DNA of 28,062 nucleotides. Origin: Candidatus Electronema aureum. GTDB lineage: Bacteria; Desulfobacterota; Desulfobulbia; Desulfobulbales; Desulfobulbaceae. This document shows, piece after piece, positions 1 through 9,235 of this stretch. The stretch spans positions 1 through 28,062 of the forward strand of contig NQJD01000032.1 of assembly GCA_004284765.1 (NCBI GenBank), written 5' to 3'. Both the position numbers and the translations under genes were made by a program. Under the pieces are notes generated by a model. That model did no database searches. It was not told where the DNA came from and saw only the letters and a program-made list of their open reading frames with translations. Each line of letters starts with the position of its first letter. Within the stretch, counting starts at the first letter, position 1.

Positions 1-187
1 AGTATGCGAAGATGTCCTTATCACATTCGAGTTTGAAATACTCGCCGCAGATTTCCATAGTGATGACTTCTTCATCTGTTAAGGCAGGGTTAAATCCGCC
101 CCGCCGCAGCCGACATTGCTGCCTGATAACACCGTATTGTTCACAGACAAGCAGAAAGACAGCAATAACAAAATCGTCTCGATCCAT
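1..187 (-). CDS. DDE transposase, N-terminal 62 codons only (gene continues beyond the left edge); IS982/IS4-like by N-terminal motif
   Basis: Hand translation of the minus strand from ATG 187-185 gives MDRDDFVIAVFLLVCEQYGVIRQQCRLRRGGFNPALTDEEVITMEICGEYFKLECDKDIFAY, open to position 1. AAGGAG (plus-strand ctcctt, 195-200) lies 7 nt upstream. The motif RLRRGG..P.L.D.EVITMEI.GE resembles N-termini of PF01609-type IS transposases as I recall them; the family assignment is from memory only. The ORF is absent from the supplied track because it is cut by the window edge. Confidence 0.55.
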   Translation of the reverse strand, partial: MDRDDFVIAVFLLVCEQYGVIRQQCRLRRGGFNPALTDEEVITMEICGEYFKLECDKDIFAY

Positions 188-232
188 TGGCGCACTCCTT
201 GTGAATAGGGCTTAGATACCACTATTCTACAG

Positions 233-262
233 GATGCGCCCGATGGATCGGGCATCTTTTTT
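233..262 (+). terminator. Candidate rho-independent terminator with no plus-strand gene in the window
   Basis: gatgcgcccgat / atcgggcatc forms about 8 bp of stem with a 2-nt bulge (233-256), followed by TTTTTT (257-262) on the plus strand. On the minus strand the stem is preceded by A6 and is not followed by a U tract. Confidence 0.4.
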
Positions 263-321
263 AAGAGTTGCACATTAGGTATTTCTGTTGATTATTCTTG
301 GAAGGCGACTTTACTAAAAAA

Positions 322-1347
322 TTAAACCCACCGAACAAGGGTTGCTCCCCAGGAATAACCAACTCCAAACCCAACAAGCATTACGAGATCACCGGCTCTG
401 AGTTTTTCTTGTGATAGTGCATCGTTGAGTGCAATTGGAATGGTAGATGAAACCGTATTACCATAATCCTTAAATGATATGAAAAATTTATTTTCTGGCA
501 GTTTGAGTTTTTTGCAAAGATGTTCCAACATGAATTTGTTTGCTTGATGAAAAATAAACAGATCAATATCTTCCATTTTTTTTCCAGAGAGAAAAAGCAA
601 TTTTTTTACTGCATTAGGAACTGAGATCAAGGTAAAAGTAAAAATTTCTGCCCCGTTCATATACAAATGATCCTGAGAACGAAAATTGCCATGCTCATCT
701 TCTACAACTTCTGCCGACTCTTTACTACGAAGCAATCGTGATCCACCAGTTGGCACTATGAGATTTTTACCACCTGTGCCATCGGTACCATATACAAATG
801 GCCCAATTATTTCCTTAGTAGCACTGGAACGCTGAATTAACGTAGCTGTCGCAGCATCTCCAAACAATGTGCGAACACTTCTATCACTAGGGTGGATATA
901 TTTGCTGTATGTCTCAGCAGTAACCAGCAAAACATTGTAGGCCTGACCTGTTTCAATAAGACCTTTAGCTAGACCAAGTCCATAAATATATCCTGAACAT
1001 CCCAGATTAAAATCAAGTGCGCCACAACTATTTGGTAATCCGAGCCTGTCCTGCATTAAGCAGGCCGTCGTTGGCAGAAAGTAATCCGGGCTTTGTGTGC
1101 AGAGCAAGAGATAGTCAATTTCTTCCCGTTTGCAACTACTATTGATAAAAATTTTTTCGGCTGCACGAACTCCCAAATCAGAAGCACATTCATATTGTGC
1201 TGCAATTCGTCTGACCCTAATGCCAGTTTTCTGCTCAATTCTTTCAACGGACCAGTCCGGAAAATCTGTAGCAAGTATTTCATTAGTCAGAAAACATTCG
1301 GGCAATTCATATTCAATTAATTTAATGATTGCTGTTTTTTTTTTCAT
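322..1347 (-). CDS. 3-oxoacyl-ACP synthase III (KAS III / FabH-like), copy 1
   Basis: 341-aa ORF. The thiolase-fold KAS III signature is intact: active-site Cys in LGCSGYIYGL, His in IFHQANKFM, Asn in YGNTVSSTIP, and C-terminal GFGVGYSWGA. It is a paralogue of the ORF at 2773-3834. Confidence 0.85.
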   Translation of the reverse strand: MKKKTAIIKLIEYELPECFLTNEILATDFPDWSVERIEQKTGIRVRRIAAQYECASDLGVRAAEKIFINSSCKREEIDYLLLCTQSPDYFLPTTACLMQDRLGLPNSCGALDFNLGCSGYIYGLGLAKGLIETGQAYNVLLVTAETYSKYIHPSDRSVRTLFGDAATATLIQRSSATKEIIGPFVYGTDGTGGKNLIVPTGGSRLLRSKESAEVVEDEHGNFRSQDHLYMNGAEIFTFTLISVPNAVKKLLFLSGKKMEDIDLFIFHQANKFMLEHLCKKLKLPENKFFISFKDYGNTVSSTIPIALNDALSQEKLRAGDLVMLVGFGVGYSWGATLVRWV

Positions 1348-1353
1348 AATTCT

Positions 1354-1992
1354 TTAAAATCCAGCAACCTGTTTAGCGGGAACACCCATAACAGTTACAC
1401 CTGCCTTAACTGTTTTCAACACTACGCTTCCTGCGCCAACTATTGCATAATCGCCTACTTTTGCACTCGGCAACACAACAGCATGGCTTCCGAGGAAAAC
1501 CCCTTCACCTAAAACAGCATTGCCCGTTACATCACAATATGCACTAAGTGTCACGCCCTTACCTAGTACAGCATCATGACCAATACCGGAGTATGCATTG
1601 ATAGTGACAAAATCACCCAAAGTTACATTAGTTGTTATAGCTGACCTCGGACAAAAGATACACCCTTGTCCTATCTTATTGTTAAGACCGATTAAAGCAG
1701 TAGGATGAATTAAATTAATAAATTGCGCACCACGCGACATAAATATTTCACAAATAGATAATTTGATTCTTGGATCACCAATCGCACAGATAAATACTTC
1801 ATCCTGGGCAGGGATATAACTTGATGGATATCCAACAAGTTGACAAGGGCAGTCAAATCCCTGCAAAGCACGAAGATTTTCATCCAAGAAACCGTAAACA
1901 CGCCAATCATTTTGCACTGTCTGGCAATCAAGTGCCCAGCACAAAACTTCTCGACCAAAACCTCCTGCGCCTATAATAATCAATTTTTTCAT
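1354..1992 (-). CDS. NeuD/PglD-family sugar N-/O-acyltransferase (left-handed beta-helix, hexapeptide repeats)
   Basis: N-terminal Rossmann-like MKKLIIIGAGGFGREV followed by hexapeptide-repeat-rich sequence (GDFVTINAYSGIGHDAVLGKGVTLSAYCDVTGNAVLGEGVFLGSHAVV). Start set at ATG 1992 because the track ORF start at 2022 would overlap the upstream stop at 2000-2002. Confidence 0.8.
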   Translation of the reverse strand: MKKLIIIGAGGFGREVLCWALDCQTVQNDWRVYGFLDENLRALQGFDCPCQLVGYPSSYIPAQDEVFICAIGDPRIKLSICEIFMSRGAQFINLIHPTALIGLNNKIGQGCIFCPRSAITTNVTLGDFVTINAYSGIGHDAVLGKGVTLSAYCDVTGNAVLGEGVFLGSHAVVLPSAKVGDYAIVGAGSVVLKTVKAGVTVMGVPAKQVAGF

Positions 1993-1999
1993 AACATTT

Positions 2000-2758
2000 T
2001 CAATGAGCAGTATAGCCTCCATCGACCACTAAGGTGGTACCTGTAATCCAACGGCCAGTATCTGCTAAAAGGAATGCCACAGCACTGGAAACATCTCTTG
2101 GTTTTCCAATACCAAGAGGCTGATAAGCTACTATGTCTTGAAGCTGTTTGTCAGATAATGTTTTTTTCGCTATTTCTACCATTTCAGTTGCAACAAGCCC
2201 TGGAGCTACACAATTAACTCTGATTTTTTCTCTGGCCAGCTCTAATGCAGCCGATTTAGTTAATCCAATTAACGCTGATTTACTTGCACAATATTCAACA
2301 TGACCGATTTGTCCAATTAAACCAGCCACAGAAGAAATAAAAACTATACTGCCTCCGGAACGATTTATTTTTTTCTGTCTGAATCCCTTAGTCAGGCCAA
2401 CAGCGGCATTGACATTGATATTCATCAAATAATTGAAGCTTTCTTGTGTTACCATTTTAAATGGCCGTAAGGCCTCTACACCAGCACTATGCACAACACC
2501 ATCTAATGGCCCAGTTTTTTCCGTCATGCTGTTAAGCCATTTTGGAATTTCATCAACATTATGTAAATCAAACTGCTCTACAAAATGTCCACTTCCTGAC
2601 ATCATTTTGTATGTTTTTTCCAATTGTTCTATATTTCTCCCTACTATGACGATTGATGCGCCAAGTTCACTCAGGAATACAGCAACATCTCTTCCTATAC
2701 CCGAAGATGCACCTGTTACAACGAAGATGCGTCCTGAAATATCCATTGGGTTGATCAT
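2000..2758 (-). CDS. Short-chain dehydrogenase/reductase, 3-oxoacyl-ACP reductase (FabG)-like
   Basis: 252 aa. Cofactor motif TGASSGIGRDVA, catalytic Ser in SSVAG and YxxxK in YCASKSAL. C-terminal GRWITGTTLVVDGG is typical of classical SDRs. Confidence 0.85.
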   Translation of the reverse strand: MINPMDISGRIFVVTGASSGIGRDVAVFLSELGASIVIVGRNIEQLEKTYKMMSGSGHFVEQFDLHNVDEIPKWLNSMTEKTGPLDGVVHSAGVEALRPFKMVTQESFNYLMNINVNAAVGLTKGFRQKKINRSGGSIVFISSVAGLIGQIGHVEYCASKSALIGLTKSAALELAREKIRVNCVAPGLVATEMVEIAKKTLSDKQLQDIVAYQPLGIGKPRDVSSAVAFLLADTGRWITGTTLVVDGGYTAH

Positions 2759-2772
2759 GACATTCTCCTAAT

Positions 2773-3834
2773 CTATGGCACAAAAACAATATCCGGCATT
2801 ATAATTGGCCCAACATTGAGAGCAACCGCTCCCCAAGAGTAACCTACACCAAATCCTGAAAAAATCAATCGCAACTCTTTATTGCATAATTCTTCATGCA
2901 GCGAAGAAGATAAGGCAAGAGGAATAGAAGCTGAACTTGTATTTCCAAATTTTTCTAAAACAATAGGAACTTTATGCGGTGACAATTTCATCTTCTTTGT
3001 TAAAAAATTTAGTATAAATTTATTTGCTTGATGAAAAATAAAAAAATCGACATCATCTACAGTCCATGATGATTCATCAAGAACTGATCTGATCAATGGT
3101 GACAACCTTTCTAAGGTGAAAGAAAAAATCTCTGCGCCGTTCATGAACAGGTCTTCATCGCTGCGAATGTTATTATTTTCTCTTTCTGTTCTAATTTTGG
3201 TTGACTCGTTGGCAATTTTACGAAACCCTCCTGATGGCACAATCAGATTGTTTGCTCCATCACCATCAGTCCCCATAACAAAAGTCATAGGCTGCGCGTG
3301 AGCTGATTTTTCTAAAAGAGTGGCAGTGCCTGCATCTCCAAAGAGCAATGCGACTGATCTATCTTGAGGTGACAATAACTTATTGCTAGTGTCGCCCACC
3401 AAAAGCAATACGCGATCAATGTTGCCACCAACAATTAGACTAGAGGCTACCCAGAGGCCATAGATATAGCCGGAACAGCCCATGCTTATATCAAAACTTG
3501 CACACTCATTTGACAGCCCTAGGCGCTTTTGAAGTATACAGCTAGTTGCAGGCAGCCTGTAATCTGGGGTCTGAGACACAAAAATAAGCGCATCAACAGA
3601 ATCCTTTTTCCAGCTTGCTTCATGCAGGAGTCGTTCCGCCGCAAAGAAGCACAAATCAGAGGTGCAGAGGTGGGGAGGAGCAATATAACGGCTTTTTACA
3701 CCAATATTTGCACTAATTTTATAGACTTCATCTTCGCCAAACACTTTCATGTCATCGAAAATAGTTCTGATTTGCTCAGGAACAGCACTGGCAATACCAG
3801 ATATTTTCACTCCTGATATTTTTGATACAGACAT
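2773..3834 (-). CDS. 3-oxoacyl-ACP synthase III (KAS III / FabH-like), copy 2
   Basis: 353 aa. Cys in MGCSGYIYGL, His in IFHQANKFIL, Asn in FGNTSSASIP, and GFGVGYSWGA. Clearly paralogous to 322-1347. Confidence 0.85.
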   Translation of the reverse strand: MSVSKISGVKISGIASAVPEQIRTIFDDMKVFGEDEVYKISANIGVKSRYIAPPHLCTSDLCFFAAERLLHEASWKKDSVDALIFVSQTPDYRLPATSCILQKRLGLSNECASFDISMGCSGYIYGLWVASSLIVGGNIDRVLLLVGDTSNKLLSPQDRSVALLFGDAGTATLLEKSAHAQPMTFVMGTDGDGANNLIVPSGGFRKIANESTKIRTERENNNIRSDEDLFMNGAEIFSFTLERLSPLIRSVLDESSWTVDDVDFFIFHQANKFILNFLTKKMKLSPHKVPIVLEKFGNTSSASIPLALSSSLHEELCNKELRLIFSGFGVGYSWGAVALNVGPIIMPDIVFVP

Positions 3835-3879
3835 TCCCCCTCCAGCAATACCTTAAATTTTTTTTGGCAATAAAGAGCA

Positions 3880-4110
3880 TCAAATTATATTATCACCTAT
3901 CAATGCGACAAGATCATCTACAGATTTTGCATCTGCAATTTTTTTCGGAGACAATGTGATTCCAAGGCTTTCATCAATCATTGCAATAAAAGAAACGATA
4001 GCCAAGGAATCCCATCCAGGAATCGATTCAATAGTTTCATTACCAGTTATTGTACCTGGTTCAGCTTCTACAACACCTTCAAGTAAAACAATAAACTCTT
4101 GCTTATTCAT
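3880..4110 (-). CDS. Acyl carrier protein (stand-alone, polysaccharide-cluster type)
   Basis: 76 aa, acidic. Contains the phosphopantetheine attachment motif [10 protein letters not shown] (DSL). Its ATG overlaps the stop of the upstream gene by 4 nt (ATGA coupling at 4107-4110). Confidence 0.75.
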   Translation of the reverse strand: MNKQEFIVLLEGVVEAEPGTITGNETIESIPGWDSLAIVSFIAMIDESLGITLSPKKIADAKSVDDLVALIGDNII

Positions 4111-4727
4111 GGCGTTATCCTTTTTATAGTTCTTTGTTCTTTGAGTTGTGTACCTGTACCTTGAAAAGCTTCCATTGTCGCCTGTCCTTCTTGACTTATT
4201 CCCTCCCGCACGAACACTTTTTTTACAGTTAGCCAGAGAATTCTGAAATCGAGCAGAAGCGATTGATTATCTACGTACCAAACATCTAACTTGAATTTTT
4301 CATCCCAGCTTATGGCATTGCGGCCATTCACTTGCGCCCATCCCGTTATGCCAGGGCGTACCTCATGCCGCCGTGCTTGCTCTTGCGAGTAAAGTGGCAA
4401 GTATTCCATCAAGAGCGGGCGCGGGCCAACTAAGCACATTTCATTTTTTAAAACATTCCACAGTCCTGGTAATTCGTCAAGGCTGGTGGAGCGTAGAAAT
4501 TTACCGAAGGATGTTAAACGAACAGAATCTGGTAACAGTTCGCCATCAGCATCATAGGAATCTATCATAGTGCGGAATTTAACCATCTTAAATGGCGTAC
4601 CGTGTAAGCCGGGACGAAGCTGACAGAAAAAGACCGGTGAACCAAGTTTTACGCGCACCAGAAAAGCAATAATAAATAACATTGGCAACAGCAACAGCAA
4701 CACAAGAGCAATTAGCAGCCGCTTCAT
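4107..4727 (-). CDS. Small monotopic phosphoglycosyl transferase (PglC/WbaP C-terminal-domain family 'bacterial sugar transferase'), initiating enzyme
   Basis: 206 aa. One N-terminal hydrophobic re-entrant helix ([21 protein letters not shown]), then [47 protein letters not shown] and [14 protein letters not shown], which are the hallmark motifs of this family. Confidence 0.85.
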   Translation of the reverse strand: MKRLLIALVLLLLLPMLFIIAFLVRVKLGSPVFFCQLRPGLHGTPFKMVKFRTMIDSYDADGELLPDSVRLTSFGKFLRSTSLDELPGLWNVLKNEMCLVGPRPLLMEYLPLYSQEQARRHEVRPGITGWAQVNGRNAISWDEKFKLDVWYVDNQSLLLDFRILWLTVKKVFVREGISQEGQATMEAFQGTGTQLKEQRTIKRITP

Positions 4728-5953
4728 ATTCTGTTAATGAATAACCGATTGAAGATGTCACAAAAATGTACCACTCCGGCCTGCACTGACAATTTCTGAT
4801 CATAATAACGTTTTGCTTGTCTGCCCATTTCGTGCAGTTCTGAAGTCGGCATATTTGCCAAGCATTCAGCGACATCAGCTATAGATTCAGGATGTTCCGG
4901 TTGTGCTGTTAGACCGCCGCCAGATAACCGCACTAAATTAGCTGCATCTCCATTGACCGCCATAAGCAACGGTCTACCGATGCTCATATATGCTTGGGTT
5001 TTAGAAGGAATTGTAATTTCAAAAAGAGGATCGTTGCGTAAATGCACCAAAAGAGCATCCGCTTTCTTTAAATAGCTTCCTATTTCTAACATTGAAACAG
5101 GTGACAAAAAAATAACATTTTCTAATTTTTCTTTCAAAGAACGCTCTTTCAAGCGAGCTGCTTCCAATCCGTTTCCTATTATGACAAAACAGATACGAGA
5201 ACATCTTGATTTCAATATTGTAGCAGCATCGAGTACGGCATCAAGGGCTTGAGCAGGCCCTATATTACCTGCAAAAACTATACGAAAATATTTTTGAGCA
5301 GGAAAAATAGGAGATACTCTGGATTGGGAGCCTGCCAGTGCAACTTCATCGGCCCAATTATAAATCACATGGATTTTATTTTCAGGTACACCTCGCTGCA
5401 TCAGTAGCTCTTTGAAACCTGGAGAAAGCACGACAAGTTGATCTACATTTTTATATACCCATTCACATATTACTCCAATTATTTTTAATAATTTCTTGTT
5501 ATTGATCATACCTGTAGCTGCCAATGTATCAGGCCACATATCTTGAATATCGTACAGCACGGGAATACGACGAAAAAATCGAATCAAGCCAGCAGTAATA
5601 CCTATTGTTAGCGGCGGGTGATAGGCATAAATTACATCGACACGCCGAGCCATGAACAAACCATATATCAGCGACGACACAGCAAAACTCAAATAATTTA
5701 GCACACGTTTGACAACAGAATGACTGTGGTTAGGATATAGCGGCACACGTGTTATCCTAATTCCATCAATTAGTTCCCTCTGTAGCAATTTGATCCGATA
5801 GCCTGGATAAATTTTTCCGCCGGGATAGTTTGGGAAACCTGTCAGCACTTCCACCTCAAATCCCTGCCGCACCAGTTCACGAGCGAACACCATGCCCTTG
5901 AAAGTTGGTTCTGGATCAAACCATTGAGTAAGCAGCAAAATTCGTACAGGCAT
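4724..5953 (-). CDS. wbuB: GT4-family glycosyltransferase, WbuB-like (the type usually paired with fnlABC as the L-FucNAc transferase)
   Basis: N-terminus [52 protein letters not shown] matches my recollection of WbuB/WbjE-type enzymes. It sits directly downstream of fnlC. Start chosen at ATG 5953; the alternative ATG at 5971 would overlap fnlC by 16 nt. Confidence 0.75.
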   Translation of the reverse strand: MPVRILLLTQWFDPEPTFKGMVFARELVRQGFEVEVLTGFPNYPGGKIYPGYRIKLLQRELIDGIRITRVPLYPNHSHSVVKRVLNYLSFAVSSLIYGLFMARRVDVIYAYHPPLTIGITAGLIRFFRRIPVLYDIQDMWPDTLAATGMINNKKLLKIIGVICEWVYKNVDQLVVLSPGFKELLMQRGVPENKIHVIYNWADEVALAGSQSRVSPIFPAQKYFRIVFAGNIGPAQALDAVLDAATILKSRCSRICFVIIGNGLEAARLKERSLKEKLENVIFLSPVSMLEIGSYLKKADALLVHLRNDPLFEITIPSKTQAYMSIGRPLLMAVNGDAANLVRLSGGGLTAQPEHPESIADVAECLANMPTSELHEMGRQAKRYYDQKLSVQAGVVHFCDIFNRLFINRI

Positions 5954-5955
5954 GT

Positions 5956-7092
5956 TCAATACTTCTTCCATACCACACGATTCACATAATCGGTGTAACT
6001 GTGAACAATTCGTATCACTTTATCAGAAACATTTGGCATACTGTAATCTGCCACTTGGCGCAGACCACGCCTTTCCCCTCTCTGCTGAGTGGATAAAATA
6101 GCAAGCCCCTGCCGCACCCGTTCCACTTCCAATCCTACCATCATCACGGCAGCTTCTTCCATACCTTCAGGACGCTCATGAGCCTCACGAATGTTCAGGG
6201 CAGAAAAATTCAGAATAGATGATTCTTCACTGATAGTGCCGCTGTCTGAAAGTGTTGCTCGTGCTGATAGCTGCAATTTCACATAATCATGGAAACCTAG
6301 TGGCTTGAGTAGACGCACTAGCGGATGAAATTTTACTCCCGCATCATTAACCCGTTTTTGTGTGCGAGGATGGGTCGAAACGATTACTGGCAGGTCATGA
6401 TCTTCCGCTACAGCATTCAGTACATTTATCAATTTATCAAATGATTGCGGCGAATCAATATTTTCTTCACGATGTGCACTCACCACAAAATAACCATCCT
6501 CTGTCAGTCCAAGGCGTGTCAAAACCTCAGATGCATCAATGCGTGGGCGGTAATGCGTCAGCACCTCAAACATTGGGCTGCCTGTTTTAATCACCATGTC
6601 CGGCGGCAGCCCTTCGCGCAACAGATATTCGCGGGCAATCGTGCTGTAGGTAAGATTGATATCCGCCGTATGGTCAACGATGCGACGATTGATCTCCTCC
6701 GGCACTCGCTGGTCAAAGCAGCGGTTCCCAGCCTCCATGTGAAAGATCGGAATCTTGCGGCGTTTGGCCGGGATCACCGCTAGGCAACTATTAGTATCAC
6801 CGAGTACCAGCATGGCATCAGGCTGCACTTCAGCCAGCACCCGATCAGCCCCGATAATCAAATTGCCGATGGTATGTGCTGCGCCGGTACTATTTGCGGC
6901 ACTGCTTAAGAAATAATCCGGTTTGCGCAGACCTAAATCATCAAAAAAAATCTGGTTTAGCTCGTAATCGTAGTTCTGTCCGGTATGCACCAAAATATGT
7001 TCGCAGTGTTCATCCAGCCGTGCAATGACCCTTGAGAGACGAATAATCTCTGGTCTTGTGCCAACCACGGTCATGACTTTCAATTTTTTCAT
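5956..7092 (-). CDS. fnlC: UDP-N-acetylglucosamine 2-epimerase (non-hydrolysing), FnlC/WbjD/Cap5G type
   Basis: [53 protein letters not shown] plus later [10 protein letters not shown] and HPRT motifs. Start set at ATG 7092, 1 nt past the fnlB stop; the longer track ORF to 7161 overlaps fnlB. Confidence 0.85.
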   Translation of the reverse strand: MKKLKVMTVVGTRPEIIRLSRVIARLDEHCEHILVHTGQNYDYELNQIFFDDLGLRKPDYFLSSAANSTGAAHTIGNLIIGADRVLAEVQPDAMLVLGDTNSCLAVIPAKRRKIPIFHMEAGNRCFDQRVPEEINRRIVDHTADINLTYSTIAREYLLREGLPPDMVIKTGSPMFEVLTHYRPRIDASEVLTRLGLTEDGYFVVSAHREENIDSPQSFDKLINVLNAVAEDHDLPVIVSTHPRTQKRVNDAGVKFHPLVRLLKPLGFHDYVKLQLSARATLSDSGTISEESSILNFSALNIREAHERPEGMEEAAVMMVGLEVERVRQGLAILSTQQRGERRGLRQVADYSMPNVSDKVIRIVHSYTDYVNRVVWKKY

Positions 7093-7093
7093 C

Positions 7094-8200
7094 TCATACC
7101 CTGCAGGTAATCGTGTCCGGTCGTTCGCGGTCAAACATTTCGTTGGCCCACAGCATGACAATCATTTCTTCGCTTCCCACATTAGTAATGTCGTGCGTCC
7201 AGCCCGGCACGGTTTCGACCACCTGCGGCTTATCGCCAAAAGTGAACATCTCGCAGGTTTCTCCGGTCAGCACATGCCGAAAACCGAACCGAGCGGCCCC
7301 CTTGATCACTAAAAATTTTTCGGTCTTGCTGTGATGATAATGCCCGCCCCGTGTTACGCCGGGATGCGCGGTGAAAAATGAAAACTGGCCAGAATCGTGT
7401 GTCTTCAGCATCTCGACAAACACGCCGCGCTTATCTCCATGGCATGGCAGGTCATAGACAAATTTATCTGTTGGCAGATAGCTGACATACGTTGAATACA
7501 AAGCTCGCACCAGCCCTGTTCCCACACGCTCGGCCACAAGATGAGTGCGGCAACGCTTGAATGCTTCAATTTGTGCTGCCAATTCACCCAAAGTGATTAT
7601 ATATTCAGGCTGAATCGCACCCCAGTGCAGACCAGTTTGCATCGAAGGCAGTGCTGACAGAAATTCGCTGATCACATCATCTACATACACTATCCGTAAA
7701 CTGGCTTGCGGGTCGTTGATCTGTACTGGAAAATCGTTGGCGATGTTGTGGCAGAACGTGGCGACCACGGAGTTGTAATTTGGCCTGCACCACTTACCGA
7801 ACACACCAGGCAGTCTGTAGATCAATGCGGGATTGCTTGTTTCCGTAGCGAGCCGCTCAACAACCTGTTCAGCCGCTTTTTTGCTCCGTCCGTAGGGATT
7901 GTCTAATTCCGCTTGAGTGCTTGAAGCCAGAATCAGCGGGATTCTGCGCCCGCTTGTCATAATGGCAGTGCAAAGCATCTCCGTCAGCCCAGTGTTGACC
8001 TTGGCAAACTCGCCAATATCCTTAGGACGATTTTCTCCGGCCAGATGAACTACGGCATCAGCCTGCTCTATCTTTGCCCGCAGCGCATCAAGATCATCAC
8101 TGCGCCCGAACCGGATGGTATCAAAACCGGGCAACTCACCAAGGCGAACAGTCAGATTCTTACCTATAAATCCGTTGGAGCCGGTGATCAGAACCTGCAT
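7094..8200 (-). CDS. fnlB: UDP-2-acetamido-2,6-dideoxy-hexose reductase/epimerase, FnlB/WbjC/Cap5F type (SDR N-domain plus cupin-like C-domain)
   Basis: 368 aa. [16 protein letters not shown] Rossmann start. The C-terminal half ([43 protein letters not shown]) looks cupin-like, as in CapF. It lies between fnlA and fnlC. Confidence 0.85.
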   Translation of the reverse strand: MQVLITGSNGFIGKNLTVRLGELPGFDTIRFGRSDDLDALRAKIEQADAVVHLAGENRPKDIGEFAKVNTGLTEMLCTAIMTSGRRIPLILASSTQAELDNPYGRSKKAAEQVVERLATETSNPALIYRLPGVFGKWCRPNYNSVVATFCHNIANDFPVQINDPQASLRIVYVDDVISEFLSALPSMQTGLHWGAIQPEYIITLGELAAQIEAFKRCRTHLVAERVGTGLVRALYSTYVSYLPTDKFVYDLPCHGDKRGVFVEMLKTHDSGQFSFFTAHPGVTRGGHYHHSKTEKFLVIKGAARFGFRHVLTGETCEMFTFGDKPQVVETVPGWTHDITNVGSEEMIVMLWANEMFDRERPDTITCRV

Positions 8201-8201
8201 T

Positions 8202-9230
8202 TTATTCCTCAGGATCGGCCTGCTCGCCGCGTGCTATTGCCTGCATGAAACGCAGCTTCATTAGCAAAGCTTTCATTCCTTCAACATCTAACCTGACTGT
8301 GTTATGCGAGTTATAATCAGCCGCTTCGGAAATTTTAATCTCGCCCTGCTCGACAAACTTGCCATAGTTCAAGTCACGCAAATCTGGAGGAATTCGGTAA
8401 TATGCGCCCAAATCTTGGGCTGCTGCCATTTCTTCCCGGCTCAACAGGGCTTCGTAGAGCTTTTCGCCGTGGCGGGTGCCGATGGTATTTATTTCATGTC
8501 CCGGTACATTCATCAGTTCGGTCAGAGCCTTGGCGAGAGTTGCAATTGTCGCCGCCGGTGCCTTCTGAATAAAAATATCGCCGGGCCTCCCATGTGTGAA
8601 AGCATAGAACACCAAATCCACCGCATCATCCAAGGTCATCATGAATCGAGTCATGTTCGGATCAGTGATGGTGATCGGTTTTCCGGCTCGAATCTGCCCA
8701 ATAAACAAAGGAATAACCGAACCTCGAGAAGCCATGACATTGCCGTAACGGGTGATACAGATGACAGTCGATTTGCTCCCCCTCGATTTGGCAACAATCA
8801 CCTTCTCCATCATTGCCTTGGAAATGCCCATTGCATTGATAGGATAAACAGCTTTGTCGGTACTCAGGCAGACCACCCGCTGTACATTGCACACCATCGC
8901 AGCTTCCAAGACATTTTCTGTGCCCAGCACATTCGTTTTGACCGCCTCCAACGGATGAAATTCACAAGAAGGTACCTGCTTCAAGGCCGCCGCGTGATAA
9001 ATGAAATCAACCCCGCGAACAGCATTCAACACAGACTGCGGATCACGTACATCACCGATGTAAAACTTGAGCTTCGGGCTGTTGTACTGCTTCCGCATGT
9101 CATCCTGTTTTTTCTCGTCGCGGCTGAGTATGCGGATTTCACTCAGATCAGAATCAAGAAAACGGCGAAGGACAGCGTTGCCGAAAGAACCGGTGCCACC
9201 GGTGATAAGGAGTATTTTACTAAAAAACAT
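8202..9230 (-). CDS. fnlA: UDP-GlcNAc 4,6-dehydratase/5-epimerase, FnlA/WbjB/Cap5E type
   Basis: 342 aa. ILLITGGTGSFGNAVLRRFL, HAAALKQVPSCEF, and the Polysacc_synt_2-like core CLSTDKAVYPINAMGISKAMMEK. Confidence 0.9.
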   Translation of the reverse strand: MFFSKILLITGGTGSFGNAVLRRFLDSDLSEIRILSRDEKKQDDMRKQYNSPKLKFYIGDVRDPQSVLNAVRGVDFIYHAAALKQVPSCEFHPLEAVKTNVLGTENVLEAAMVCNVQRVVCLSTDKAVYPINAMGISKAMMEKVIVAKSRGSKSTVICITRYGNVMASRGSVIPLFIGQIRAGKPITITDPNMTRFMMTLDDAVDLVFYAFTHGRPGDIFIQKAPAATIATLAKALTELMNVPGHEINTIGTRHGEKLYEALLSREEMAAAQDLGAYYRIPPDLRDLNYGKFVEQGEIKISEAADYNSHNTVRLDVEGMKALLMKLRFMQAIARGEQADPEE

Positions 9231-9235
9231 AAAAA

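Noticed and set aside
12-273. Track ORFs 12-215 (+) and 79-273 (-)
   Set aside because: Both overlap the hand-translated transposase N-terminus (1-187, minus strand, different frame), which has a strong RBS and a recognisable motif. Neither has these.
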